A DNA stretch of 47,488 nt, taken from contig JAQGDQ010001320.1 in NCBI GenBank assembly GCA_030141605.1, forward strand, positions 1 to 47,488, in the 5' to 3' direction. This DNA comes from Tubiluchus corallicola. Taxonomy: Eukaryota; Animalia; Priapulida. Shown one piece after another: positions 25,664-38,750 of this stretch (position 1 is its first letter; every line of letters starts with the position of its first letter). The translations under genes were made by a program, and so were the position numbers. The notes beneath the pieces are model-generated. The model did no database searches and had not been told where the DNA came from. It was given only the letters and a program-made list of their open reading frames with translations.

Positions 25664-27053
25664 AATTAAAGACTGCATAGAATATTCATGGAACAATAAA
25701 CGACTTTCGCTGTCTCGTGTAACTTGATAACTCGTATAGATGCCTAGATTACCATCAATGCAGCAAATCATCTCTAGCAATAAATCGAACATCGTTATAA
25801 GTTTTCAGTCCACATCACGGCATTCTGGTCTTCCATAATGAAAGCAAAAGTTTGAACCGATGTCGTTCGTTTACTTGCTCTAGGGCAAAATCCTGGCTAG
25901 GACAACAATACCAATTCAAATTTAACGCCAAAGCCACCAAATTAGCTCCTGATTATGCTAATAATACGGAAGTTTTTACGATACCTGCCTAGTTAATAAT
26001 TTTATACGTTATAATAACAGCTCTCGACGATTTGCATATAATGTCTGAACGGACAATAGCCAAATAAGTCGATGAACCAAAAGAATCTTAAATCATAATG
26101 CGAATTTTATAGTAGTCATAAAGTAAAATGTCAACGCGTCCATGTGTATTGGCGAGAACTTGCAAATGTGTGAATTTCTTTGAAAAATGCAAGCGAAGAG
26201 AAATGACTTTATTGAAATGCATCCTGCATTATTCTTAAAAGCTTTGCAGTGACATTTAAAATTGCATTGTATCTGATCTGATGCATTTGAAATTCGAAAA
26301 AAGGCTGAAAGAAACGATTTTACCATTGAATATATATATATATATATATATATTACCATTTTTCATATAGTACCTCATTTTCAAGTCAGATAGAAAGTAT
26401 ACATGTATATTTTACCACAATTAATACTGCACAAGCGTTTCTGATAATTAAATAAAATCTCAATTAACGGCGAGCGAGCCAAACTATTGATGACGTCACA
26501 AACTAGCATAATTTTCAATAGTAATGATTCGAAAATACCGGTCAAAAAACCCTGCAGTGGCAAAAAAGTTTGACAAGAATACAAAATTAGCAGCATTTTT
26601 TTACATTTAGAGTCGGTATCTAACAACCAAAAACAGCGTTTACACAATTTGTGCTATTCAGTTTGCGGCGCGACAGGATCGTAGCTCAATATCGAGGACG
26701 CCTCTCTAAAATGAGCCACTGAACCAATAGTGTTGTCGTAGCAACTTCAAAAAGTATGCATCCTGCCCCTACGATGCAAACAGACAGAATCGGCATGGCA
26801 AAGGAAACCGCCCAGAGCGAGTATCGAACTTTAGTTCGTGATTTAAATAGGTTTTTACCACAGACTTGCTATTGAATGTTCGATATGACACACGCGACAC
26901 TCACATAAATGTATCAGAAGTTTCTTCACCCGAATCTCACACTCGTATAACTCTGTTGGAGTCTGTTTTTAAAGGTCATAAATTCCTTGTACACAAATCG
27001 TAAATCTGCAAACTACCATTTATTACCACCTCCATTGCCTGGCCTGCTCCATA

Positions 27054-27587
27054 TATAGGTTTTACATGTCAAATGTAGACCTGCGTTAACTCAAATGTAG
27101 ATTTAGGTAATTCAAATGTGTCTTGGTAACTCAAATGTAGACGTAGGTAGTTTAAATGTGGATGGGTGTTGAAGTTTAAAGATGTTAAATTTAATCTTCT
27201 TTAATTTCAATTTAATAATTACTCCTAAGTTAAAATAACAACGTTAAAGGCCTACTAACAGATGCACTATCTTTGGTTTATCTTTTTCTAATTTGCACTT
27301 AAATAATTTAATCACCGATTTATTCAAAGTAATGCATCTACATTTGACTTACCTAAGTCACATTTGCACTTTCCTATGTCTACATTTGACTTACCTAAGT
27401 CACATTGGAGTTACCAAAACACATTCGAAATTCCTGTCTACATTTGACTTACCTAAGTCACATTTGAACTTTCCTATGTCTACATTTGACTTACCTAAGT
27501 CACATTTGAGCTTTCCTATGTCTACATTTAACTTACCTAAGTCACATTTGAACTTTCCTGTGTCTACATTTGATGTGTAAAACCTAT
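27054..27587. mobile_element. Foldback-like MITE: ~27-bp TIRs plus inverted arrays of ~21-bp subterminal repeats, TA-flanked
   Basis: TATAGGTTTTTACATGTCAAATGTAGAC ... GTCTACATTTGATGTGTAAAACCTATA; left arm repeats CAAATGT, right arm repeats ACATTTG (21/42-bp period). Confidence 0.75.
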
Positions 27588-28467
27588 AGAACAACCGTGC
27601 CAGAAGAATAAGACCCACATTGTGTCAGGACATCTTGAAAACGAAAAAATAACATTTACAACAGTTCACTCATTCAGCTTACTTTCGTGGAGGCAGAAGA
27701 ACACGTCAAAGGCAGACAACAGATCAAACAGACATTTTTTACGAAATCCTCCGCCCCCCAAATTCCCTCTGGTCAGACGTTACCATGACCAGAACTACGT
27801 CATTAAAATTCTAGTCACTTTGCCATAAAATCATTACGAATTTGCCATTAGCGCCACCACAGTGTTCGACTCCGCTCTGACCAGGTAAAATGGACGCAGT
27901 TTTCAGCTAATTGGCGATAATCACACAAATATTTATAAGCCGACAAGCCGTTTCGGAGCTTCTGTAAAAGAATTATGCAAAATCGGCTTGCCCGCTTGCC
28001 CTGCCAACAATGGACGTATTCATGATGCTTAAGTTACAGTTTTTTGGAGGTTGAAATGCCAACGATCTCTGAACACAGTTTAAACTCTGCCATAAAGATT
28101 TGAAAATTCGTGTGTACATGTTTGCTTCAATTCATGCTAACAATTCTCAATACTTGGTCAAAAAGAGTTGATCAACTACAGTAGAACTCTTGTCAAAAAC
28201 TAAAATAAACGCATGGATGCGTTATTTTAAAGAGCTAAATTGTGTGCGTTGAAATAGGACCGGCTCCTAAACTTCCTTTCGCATATTTAGGATCAAATTA
28301 TCCGAATCAAAAGCGAAAAATTTCTATAATAATTCAAACGAACCGGAAGTCATATAATTCAGTTTTATCAATGAATATTTTAAATAAATTTATGTCGAAA
28401 ATATTTTGAATAAATGTACACAAGCTAAAATAGACTATTACCTAATACAAATGTTTCTTTAATTTAA

Positions 28468-28919
28468 CCCTTTCATACCCGTTGTATCCCGTGGGATTCG
28501 AGAATATTTTCTGCCTTTAAAATTAATAAAATTTTAAAACTGACAGTTATTTGATCTGTTAATAGTTATTTTGATTTAAGCCAATAACAATAGACTAAAA
28601 ATGGTGATAAAATGGCAAACTAGAAAATCTACATTGCATAAAAAACTGTGCAAGGTACAGTACTTTAGAGACGACTTTGTACAGATCAGCATAGCATGCA
28701 TAACTAAATGTCTTAAATACTTTAGAAAATATCAGCAATTGCAAAATGAAGCACATTTTATGCATCCATTGAATCCCAATGTATCCCGTGGGATACAGGC
28801 TATATTTAGCACACACGGAGAAAAAAAATTATTATGTGTAAACAAGATGGACATACTGAACAAAAGTACTAAGCCAAAAATTTTTTTCTTATTAAAAAAA
28901 TAGTTTGGGACTGAAAGGG
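28468..28919. mobile_element. piggyBac-like MITE
   Basis: TTAA|CCCTTTCATACCC ... GGGACTGAAAGGG|TTAA; CCC/GGG termini and TTAA TSD; internal direct repeat TGTATCCCGTGGGAT. Confidence 0.85.
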
Positions 28920-29543
28920 TTAAAGGCTATTTCATTAGACACACTGCTTTGCTGATATTCAAACTAACATGTGCACAAATCACGTGGCACAAACGCAACC
29001 AATCACAGCACTGTAACTAGTTACTAGCAGTAAGGCTAAACGCAGTCTTACATGTGGGACACTATGACTTTACCAATTAAGAAATGCAATCGATTCTTGT
29101 TTATTCAAAATAATTGGAAACTAATCAGCCTTTATTCGAAGACAACTTAGCCAGGAACTCGCTCTATAACAATATTAGCTTTTTGACTGGCCGTCGCTTA
29201 TAGGGATCTAGTTCAAACGATTTAAATCCCAAATGCAATTGATGCTCTATTCACAGCTTCCCTTTGAACTCAGCGCATCCTCGAATAAGAGCTGCTGCTC
29301 TAATTCTTAGAAAAAACATTGTAGCTTAAGACATAAGAACTAAACAATATAAACTCAAATCTACAATTAGCAAAATACGTATCGCAGTATGTATAACTAT
29401 GGATACAATTAGCTAAGTATACACACGATCGTGGTCACGTGATACTGGTATCACTAGGATATTTACTGTCTAAAAAGCATAGTCTGTTTAGCAAACAACA
29501 ACTACGAAAACAATAAGCTAGGAAAAATGGGGTGCAGTAGGTC

Positions 29544-29886
29544 GAATCATCATCATCATCATCGTCGTCGTAGTCGTCGTCATCGTCGTGGTCATCATCA
29601 AACTTGACCACACATCTTCTGACATGACCCTCCTCATCACCTCACCTGCAACCTCCCATGTCTCTGTACTTTTGATATCTAATTGTGTGTTGATAAGATC
29701 CTTTTGGATGAAAGTAGAATCGTCGTCGTCGTCGTCGTCGTCGTGGTCATCATCAAACTTGACCACACATCTTCTGACATGACCCTCCTAATCACCTTAC
29801 TCCATGCTGCCTCCCATGTCTCTGTATTTTTGATATCTAATTGTGTGTTGATAAGATCTTTTTGGATGAAAGTAGAATCGTCGTCG

Positions 29887-29920
<34 letters not shown>

Positions 29921-30065
29921 CGTGGTCATCATCAAACTTGACCACACATCTTCTGACATGACCCTCCTAATCACCTTACTCCATGTTGCCTCCCATGTCT
30001 CTGTATTTTTGATATCTAATTGTGTGTTGATAAGATCCTTTTGGATGAAAGTAGAATCGTCGTCT

Positions 30066-30099
<34 letters not shown>

Positions 30100-30229
30100 G
30101 GTCATCATCAAACTTGACCACACATCTTCTGACATGACCCTCCTAATCACCTTACTCCATGTTGCCTCCCATGTCTCTGTATTTTTGATATCTAATTGTG
30201 TGTTGATAAGATCCTTTTGGATGAAAGTA
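29544..30229 (-). repeat. Tandem array of four RTE 3'-end units (158-179 bp), each with a (GAT/GAC)n tail
   Basis: Unit boundaries at 29544, 29717, 29875, 30054 and 30230; units match 30230-30410 of the adjacent RTE. Confidence 0.9.
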
Positions 30230-30690
30230 GAATCGTCGTTGTTGTCGTCATCATCAAGCTTGACCACACTTCTTCTGACAACATCTGACACATATTGGGA
30301 GATGACCCTCCTAATCACCTTAGTCCATGCTGCTCTGTCACCCGCAACCTCCCATGTCTCTGTATTCTTGATATCTAACTGTGCGTTGATAAGATCTTTT
30401 TGGATAAAATTGATGTAAGTCAGCAGCTGTTCTCCTTGTGGTCTCTTTTCTGCCTGCAGTGCTTCTTTAAAAAGTAATGGACTGTCACCTGGAAGTCGTA
30501 TAACATGTCCTATCCATCTTAATCGTCTCCTTTTGATTTTAACTGTCCATTCATCTGTTTTGACTTTATTGTACAGTTGCTGATTTGATATTTTCTTTGC
30601 CCATTTTATTTATAGAATGTTCCTGCGGTTTCTTCTTTGAAATGAATCCATTTCTGATTTGTGACGTGCTTTTATTGTCCATGATTCGAA
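30230..30690 (-). mobile_element. RTE-clade LINE 3' fragment (pseudogenised ORF)
   Basis: Minus strand: ESWTIKARHKSEMDSFQRRNRRNIL*IKWAKKISNQQLYNKVKTDEWTVKIKRRRLRWIGHVIRLP...WEVAGDRAAWTKVI. Confidence 0.9.
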
Positions 30691-31206
30691 TGTACGTCTA
30701 AACGATTCTTGTGTGGCATATAGGCATTCTTTTCTTAGATAGCTGCAGGAATTTAATTCACTAAAGTTTGTTACACATCACTTCAGTAAGATTTAGCATT
30801 CTAGGCATCACAGTTAATTGAAGGCTAAATCACAGGCAGTTCTCCATTAAGTACGTGACGTTGAAAATCGGCTTATGAAAAACTGACACGAATATGCTGT
30901 ATCCAAGCTAATCAGGTCTTTGTGAATAAGATCAGGCCATGGCTATACTTTGCGTGTTGCTTTCTCTTCCTAAATGTATTATTGTTGTACAGTTTTGCAT
31001 CATACGCAACGGTCTGCGTGCGCATTGAAAAAATGGGAAATTTTTCATTTTGGTCATCAAAAAATCTTCGGCCACAAGTGACCGGCATATTAGGTTGAAG
31101 ATTTTTCATTTCTCCAACTATATCAATGGACGTAGAACACCTTCAACGAGGTGAACAGCCAGAATCATTACGGCTAATTAAGCCGCCTAGAGCAAGTGCT
31201 GAACCC

Positions 31207-31256
31207 GGCAGGCACCCAATTATACGCTGACCAGCCTTGGCATTGCTTAACTTCGC
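31207..31256 (-). pseudogene. Highly diverged 5S rRNA-like fragment (internal control region)
   Basis: GGCACCCAATTATACGCTGACCAGCCTTGGCATTGCTTAACTTCG aligns to the reverse complement of the 5S A-box to C-box region at 25574-25620. Confidence 0.4.
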
Positions 31257-32064
31257 TTGTTAAGCACACACCATGAAAACTCCCAACATCCTAAACTAAT
31301 AACTTTTTTGCTTTTCGTTCTATATTTTTCTTTCTACTTTCCTGGTAAGCTGCTCACTTTGCGGTAGTAGCATGGCCAGATTTTATCGCTGATGTATACC
31401 GTGACTTGAAATCAGGTTTTAAATATGGAGCATCTTGAAGATTGCAGAGGGCGAAGAATACCCGTATTGATGCTAACCAAGAAACGGTTTTTTATTGCGT
31501 TCAATGACTAAAACTTAATGTAGTTTCAAAAAGATATTTAGCAGTTAAAATAGTATTTTAATTGTGTTAATACTTAAATAAACTTCTCTTAAATTGAGTT
31601 TAATCGAAATTTTTATATTGGAAATTTACTCTTTCGTTGTGATAGCATTGATACGTAATTATTTTATTTTTTCAACTTCATCATTGCTGTAACATCTTAA
31701 GCCGGTGCAGTAATAAACCACTTGTGGCTGTCAACAGAAACTACATAGTTATTTAAAATAAATACTTCTTTCTGTCCAATTTCAGCAGCCTACAGATGCG
31801 ATATCGTCACGCCGCCATATTTAATCAGATTATCGACAGCTGAAAACACAGATTACCTGCCGCACAGCAAACGAGAGTTTTTGTGACGAAATTATTTCGT
31901 TAGAGAAAAATAATTACTTTCGGCTCTTTCACGCAACGAGGTGCGAAAACTTCAATAATGGAAAATGGAAAGAATAGCTGTCCTTTGCGCATGCGCAATA
32001 ACAGCTATTGAAATAACAAACATAACAACAGATAAGGAATTTGGAATAAACCTTGGGAATAGTT

Positions 32065-32192
32065 TATTATTATTATTATTATTATTGTTATTGTTATTGT
32101 TATTGTTATTGTTATTGTTATTGTTATTGTTATTGTTATTGTTATTGTTATTGTTATTGTTATTGTTATTGTTATTGTTATTGTTATTGTTA

Positions 32193-32272
<80 letters not shown>
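32065..32272. repeat. (TTA)n-(TTGTTA)n-(TTA)n microsatellite; probable LINE tail
   Basis: Directly visible; downstream (minus strand) of the LINE remnant at 32275-32785. Confidence 0.9.
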
Positions 32273-32274
32273 AT

Positions 32275-32785
32275 TCTTTATTTGAAATTTAAAATTATAC
32301 ACATGCACAAATATTTACATAAAATACATACAGTGACTCTCTATTTGCAGAGGGATGGTTAAAAAACTTTGTAAATAAAATAGCTGTTACATTCGTAGGA
32401 CTTTTATTATACCAATTTATATACCAATAAATCACGGATTTCGTAACTCAAAATAATATAAAAGAACAACTAAAATCAAATAGTACCAGTTTACGACGTG
32501 TATAATCTAAAAGTGGCTAGAAACAGAAAAATTAGATGTCTACAGATTTGTTCTGTTACGCAAAGTTTAATATTTTATACTAAAGTTTGCAAAAACGAAT
32601 CACAAACTAACTCAGTGAAAGCATCTAGCAGGTTTTCTGTCACGAGAGGTATAAATTTTACTTACTGTTCTGAGAATTTAGGATATTTGCAAGCGTTAAT
32701 CTTTTATTTTCATCGACCAAAGTACAATTAAAAAGTAAATGTTCAACTGTTTGTGCTTCCTCTGAACATATACAGGCATTTTCAT
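32275..32785 (-). mobile_element. LINE 3' end with zinc knuckle (same type as 170-785), frameshifted
   Basis: Minus strand ACICSEEAQTVEHLLFNCTLVDENKR, then in another frame NLLDAFTELVCDSFLQTLV*, paralleling CNC...QSVHHLLFECTSVNQTKR...NAINAFANLMSHEFLSSFV. Confidence 0.7.
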
Positions 32786-33379
32786 GTTATGGGAATAGAG
32801 ACCTTGGACAAATTCTGTCCTTTGTAACAAATCCATATTGTCACTGCATCCAGTTCTGGGGACAAAAGTGTCCAGGGGCCAGGAATTCCCTTTTAACTCT
32901 TTCAGCATGTACACATCTCTTTTAATTAACACTTTCTCACTGCCAGCAGAAGTCAGTGAAAAGGAATGACAGTTCACAAAGTTGTTGTTGTTTCTCAAAA
33001 TGTTTTGCATTTGTAACGGCGGCGGTTACAAAGTTGTCCAAACACTGGACACTGGAGCCATTGTCCGCGACTGCCCAGTTTCTCAACAATGCCAAAGACG
33101 CCTGTGTTTATCCTACATGAGGAACACTGTTTGGCTTTGTATTGCAACTAAATGCGGCCATGTTGTTTTGGGCTCTTAATTCTCGGAGAAGGCAAATAAT
33201 AGAAAAAGAAGAAGAATTCGTTTGAAGCTCTCAGTCATTTGAGGTTTTTTCCTCTCCAGTGTTAATTGTGTCAACGGCTTTCAGGGTTTTGTAAAAAGGA
33301 CTTCGTATCGAATAGATTTGGTAATGATACTCGATGAATTTTGAAACTAGGTTGTTAAGTTTGATAAATTAAATCAAAT

Positions 33380-33775
33380 ACTTCTGCCTGAAAACCTTGA
33401 TATAAGCTGCCTTAGGAACTAATGACCTGTTGAAGTTGTTATTATTCGGAAAGGATGAATTTAACTATGTTGCTAACTGTAAAATATTCCAACGCATACA
33501 TGACTTTATATTACGTACTAAAAGCTTCCAGTAGTTTCTATCTGATATGAAATGCATCAGTCTTAAATATTCGTATATTAACATTTTCTAACCGTCATTT
33601 TCTACTAATGTCTAATGTAATCTTGTAGCAAAACTTGTCAGTTTGTGTAGGTATAGTCATTTCTTACTGTAAATGTTTTTGTAAATAGTGTCTAAAGTCT
33701 GTTGTGGTGAGGATCCTAAATCATGCTTTTAAACTGTCTGAGCCGATCCTACAATAAATTATGCTTAAACTAACA
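33380..33775 (+). mobile_element. CR1-group LINE 3' end plus UTR
   Basis: NDLLKLLLFGKDEFNYVANCKIFQRIHDFILRTKSF* matches the LL.G....N..I....FI..T.RF C-terminus; UTR copy at 19248-19357. Confidence 0.7.
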
Positions 33776-34251
33776 TTAATTCAATTTCGTTTCGCCCTTT
33801 ACCAAAACCACTGAAATTCTAGTGGGACTATATTTAAAGAATATAATTCACTCGAAAACTTATTTATTATTCGCTTTTAACTTCAGTAAGGGAAAGGCAC
33901 GACTTGTTTATAAGTAAAATGAATTACCAGGCGCACTAGTCGAAATGTACATCAGATAATGTTTTATTAATGATGTCTCCCTAGAGAAATGCTTTGCTAA
34001 ATGCTACAGACCTGCGGGCAACACAGTACAGATTATATGATACAATGTTTATTAGAATTAATACGAACTTACGTCAATAGACTTGCACTATAGCAAAATC
34101 ATGCCAAATTTAACTCTTTGTTATAAACAAATATCTAGATGGGGGAAAGAGAGATAGAATAGGTCGAATGAGAGAAAAAAGAAAAAGAAAACAACAAAGA
34201 AAGAAAGAAGGAGAAAGATAACATTTTTACCTATTCATTTTTACATACTTT

Positions 34252-34253
<2 letters not shown>

Positions 34254-34329
<76 letters not shown>

Positions 34330-34426
34330 AGGGAGAGAGAGAGAGAGAGAAAGAGAGAGGGGAAAGAGAGATGGGGAAAGAGAGAGAGAGAATAAGAGCG
34401 AGACCATGAGCAAGATACAGAGAGAA

Positions 34427-34509
<83 letters not shown>
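34254..34509. repeat. (TA)n-(AG)n microsatellite
   Basis: Directly visible. Confidence 0.95.
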
Positions 34510-34512
<3 letters not shown>

Positions 34513-35379
34513 TGTACATGAAAATGGCAGAGTGCATTACAGTGACTGTAGCACATGCTATTCAGCAAATCTTCATTCAGCCCTTAACGTTCATTCACAT
34601 TTGTATTCTGTGGCGCGGGTCAGTATTAAATAGCCTCTAATAGGAGACCAACTTCACTCTATTACCATCCAATCATTGCTACAATCTTGCTGGTATTGTT
34701 GTACAATTCCAAGTTGAAATCTGATTTCAACTTGCTGAGTTCACTTCACTGAGAACAAATTAAGCGCGAGATCCCAATAAAGCCACTTCTGGCCTGTCGA
34801 ATTAACACCGGAACCGGAACCGGAACTCGACCGGAGCTAGGGGGCCATCTGGCGGCGAGGGTTGACGAAGAGTTTAGCGCTGGCTAATTGCGCTAATTTG
34901 CAGGCAGGTTGCGTGGTGTTAATTGAACTCTAATGAGGTTTTAATTATGTCAAGATTGCAACACGGATTTTCAGCAGACTGTACACATGATGAAAGGCTT
35001 CTTAATAAAAACTGGAAGGTTGCCGATTATTAGAGGTGCAAAAACCCCGCCCTGAGTTCCTCCTCACATGAAGTAACAATAAAGGAAAAGATACGCTATT
35101 TAGGATGATTGTTTAGACTCAATCTCATTTTAGTTTACTGTCCAAAACACTTTTTGTGTATATATACATACACTAGACAGTCAATTAAAGATCGTCATTT
35201 TTGCAAGCGCTGCAAGAACTAAAAGAGCAGACATCTTTTGCACTCTTACCAACTCTTTGCTTGGTGTAGACTCTCATGCAGTCGCAATATATGGCCTCCA
35301 ATCAATTATAATGCTATTTTAATATACCTCTATGTAAAGTAAACATACACTGTGGTCGTTTCTTCTCCTCTTTTCCTTC

Positions 35380-35630
35380 TTCCTATCCCTAATCTTACTA
35401 TTTTTTCCATTTCATCATTTCTACTAACCCTAACCATTCTTTCATTCACTCATTTCTGCCACCTTAACAAGCCAAGCTTTCAAGGTGTCATACAGCAACT
35501 CTTTTACTTGGTTAATTTGACTTCATCAACGTTTTTTTACCTATACTGTTTCTTTTCGTTTCAATAATATTGTATGTTGATGTATTGTATATGTATTGCT
35601 GGAGTGAAATAAATTGATTGATTGATTGAT
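35380..35630 (+). mobile_element. Probable L2/CR1-type 3' UTR ending AATAAA(TTGA)n
   Basis: CACCTT...ACAAGCC...AAGGTG hairpin, then GAAATAAATTGATTGATTGATTGAT tail; no coding remnant seen. Confidence 0.4.
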
Positions 35631-36289
35631 TTTTATGCCTATATATACGCAGAATTTAAACTAGCAGTAATCGGATTTTCCGGCTCAGATTTCTCTTATT
35701 TCTACGCGTTATTGTAATACAAACATCTGTTCGTAAGAACTTATCTGATCTGTAGTAATAATAATGACAATAACGTTGCTTGAATATTGATGAGCTCTCT
35801 GGGATAAAAACAAATGCCGCACTCTGAGCGGATTTGAACAAAACCACAGATATGAACAAAACATTACTCAAGCGCCGCCAGTTGTTAATCTACCAGGCGT
35901 CACTAACGATAATCACCTTTTATAGTCGTCGTTTTTTGTGAGCAATCTATATGGTAGGCGTGATTACGGGTATTAAAATTCATATTAGCGTACCCTCGGT
36001 GACTGCCGTATGCATAGATCTATGGTTGTATGACTAATATGGTCATAGACGTTGTAAGCCCTTATTATCCTGGATTTTGCATGTTTATTGTACTGCCTTA
36101 TCCAGCCATAACTAACACTATGGACTAGTAAAATCAAAATCACAGGATTGAATCATATAGGTTGAGTTCAAATCTTGTACGTTGTGTTAGATTGTGTTGT
36201 GTATTGTGCTTTGTTGTTAAAGATAGAAGTTAAAGATAGATAATGTTACGAAAAGCAGAGGAAAACATCAGACATAAATATAAAAATGG

Positions 36290-36513
36290 GAGAGCGAAAA
36301 AAAATTAGGAATAAGAAGCGATATAACAAGGAGAACGAAAGAGAACCAAGAGAAACAGAGCGAGTGAGAGAGAAAGAGAAGAGGAGAGAAAGTGAAAAAG
36401 AGAGAAAGGGGGATAGAGATGAGACAAAGAGAGAGAGGAGAGAGAGAGAAAGGGAGAGAGAGAGAAAAAGAGAGAAAGAGGGAGAGAGATGAGAGACAGA
36501 GAGAGAGAGAGAG

Positions 36514-36570
<57 letters not shown>

Positions 36571-36670
36571 AGCAGAGGGAGAGAGAGAGAGATAGGGTGA
36601 GAGGGAGACAGAAAGAAATAGAGAGAGAGAAAGGGAGAGAGAAACAGAGAGAAAGAGAGAAAGAAACAAC

Positions 36671-36717
<47 letters not shown>

Positions 36718-36765
36718 TACAGAGACAGAGAAGGGGAGAGAGAGAGAGAGAGAGACAGAGAAGGG

Positions 36766-36798
<33 letters not shown>

Positions 36799-36826
36799 GG
36801 AGAGAGCGAGGGGGGAGAGAGAGAGA
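36290..36826. repeat. AG-rich polypurine tract
   Basis: Directly visible. Confidence 0.95.
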
Positions 36827-37127
36827 GTTATACTATAAATACAACTGTACAGTATGGAAAAATCAAATAATGTTTATTATTCTCTTTATTATATTGACAA
36901 ACACTAAGCTTACAGATAGAGGAAGAGAGAAAAAGAACGAACGAGAGAAAGAGAGAGAGATCCTCATGATAATTTCTGAAACCATCAAATCAAAACACTA
37001 CATTGTCAAAGTAAGCTTAGCAGAACGTACTGCCCCTTAAGAAGATCAGCCTTACAAATGCGACTTCGCTATATTTAGTGTACTACATGAACTATTTCAT
37101 TAATCAATGAATGATTATAGGTCTTAA

Positions 37128-37420
37128 TGACTCGTATAAGACGTCTATTTCTTCTAGGACCTATAAATGCCCTGATTAATGACATTTATTTAGAATGGGG
37201 GTTGTCCACTAGCCTAGCATGCAAGTAATTAGGCTATTACTATATGAGACTGTACTAAATAACCTGTCGTAAAGTTATAATCAAAATTTACTGATTGTTA
37301 CAACAGGCTTCTTGAGTCAAAGTTAGTGCAGGCCTCTAAATTTCATTGTTACTGCAAACCTATGAAGCCACTATTACTGCAAGTCTGCAAGCTTCTGATG
37401 TCATTGTTACAACAAGCCTC
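37128..37420 (+). repeat. Segmental duplication block A, copy 1 (copy 2 at 46007-46272)
   Basis: TGACTCGTATAAGACGTCTATTTCTTCTAGGACC... aligns with an offset of 8879 bp. Confidence 0.9.
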
Positions 37421-38750
37421 TGATGTCACAGTTAGCGCAGGCCTCTAAATTTCATTGTTACTGCAAACCTATGAAGCCACTATTACTGCAAGTCTGCAAG
37501 CTTCTGATGTCATTGTTACAGCAGGCCTCTGATGTCACAGTTAGCGCAGGCCTCTAAATTTCATTGTTATTGCAAGCCTATGAAGCCACTATTACTGCAA
37601 GTCTGCAAGCTTCTGATGTCATTGTTACAACAGGCCTCTGATGTCACAGTTAGCGCAGGCCTCTAAATTTCATTGTTACTGCAAACCTATGAAGCCACTA
37701 TTACTGCAAATCTGCAAGCTTCTGATGTCATTGTTACAACAAGATTCTGATGTCACAGTTAGCGCAGGCCTCTAAATTTCATTGTTACTGCAAACCTATG
37801 AAGCCACTATTACTGCAAGTCTGCAAGCTTCTGATGTCATTGTTACAACAAGCCTCTGATGTCACAGTTAGCGCAGGCCTCTAAATTTCATTGTTACTGC
37901 AAACCTATGAAGCCACTATTACTGCAAGTCTGCAAGCTTCTGATGTCATTGTTACAACAAGCCTCTGATGTCACAGTTAGCGCAGGCCTCTAAATTTCAT
38001 TGTTACTGCAAACCTATGAAGCCACTATTACTGCAAGTCTGCAAGCTTCTGATGTCATTGTTACAGCAGGCCTCTGATGTCACAGTTAGCGCAGGCCTCT
38101 AAATTTCATTGTTATTGCAAGCCTATGAAGCCACTATTACTGCAAGTCTGCAAGCTTCTGATGTCATTGTTACAACAGGCCTCTGATGTCACAGTTAGCG
38201 CAGGCCTCTAAATTTCATTGTTACTGCAAACCTATGAAGCCACTATTACTGCAAGTCTGCAAGCTTCTGATGTCATTGTTACAACAAGCCTCTGATGTCA
38301 CAGTTAGCGCAGGCCTCTAAATTTCATTGTTACTGCAAACCTATGAAGCCACTATTACTGCAAGTCTGCAAGCTTCTGATGTCATTGTTACAGCAGGCCT
38401 CTGATGTCACAGTTAGCGCAGGCCTCTAAATTTCATTGTTATTGCAAGCCTATGAAGCCACTATTACTGCAAGTCTGCAAGCTTCTGATGTCATTGTTAC
38501 AACAGGCATCTGATGTCACAGTTAGCGCAGGCCTCTAAATTTCATTGTTACTGCAAACCTATGAAGCCACTATTACTGCAACTCTGCAAGCTTCTGGTGT
38601 CATTGTTACAGCAGGCCTCTGGGGTCACAGTTAGTGTAGTGCAGGCCTCTAAATTTCATTGTTACTGCAAGCCTATGAAACCTCTATTAGTGAAGGCCCT
38701 TGATGTCATTGTTAGTGTACGACCCTGAATTCACTGTTACTTCAAGCTGA
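37322..38750 (+). repeat. 109-bp satellite, 12 full copies plus degenerate end, built from ~25-bp subrepeats
   Basis: Unit starts (GTTAG) at 37322, 37431, 37540 ... 38521, 38630. Confidence 0.95.

Noticed and set aside
32696-33179. ORFs 32696-33010 and 32982-33179 as a host gene
   Set aside because: No recognisable product; the only meaningful peptide is the LINE zinc knuckle in a different frame
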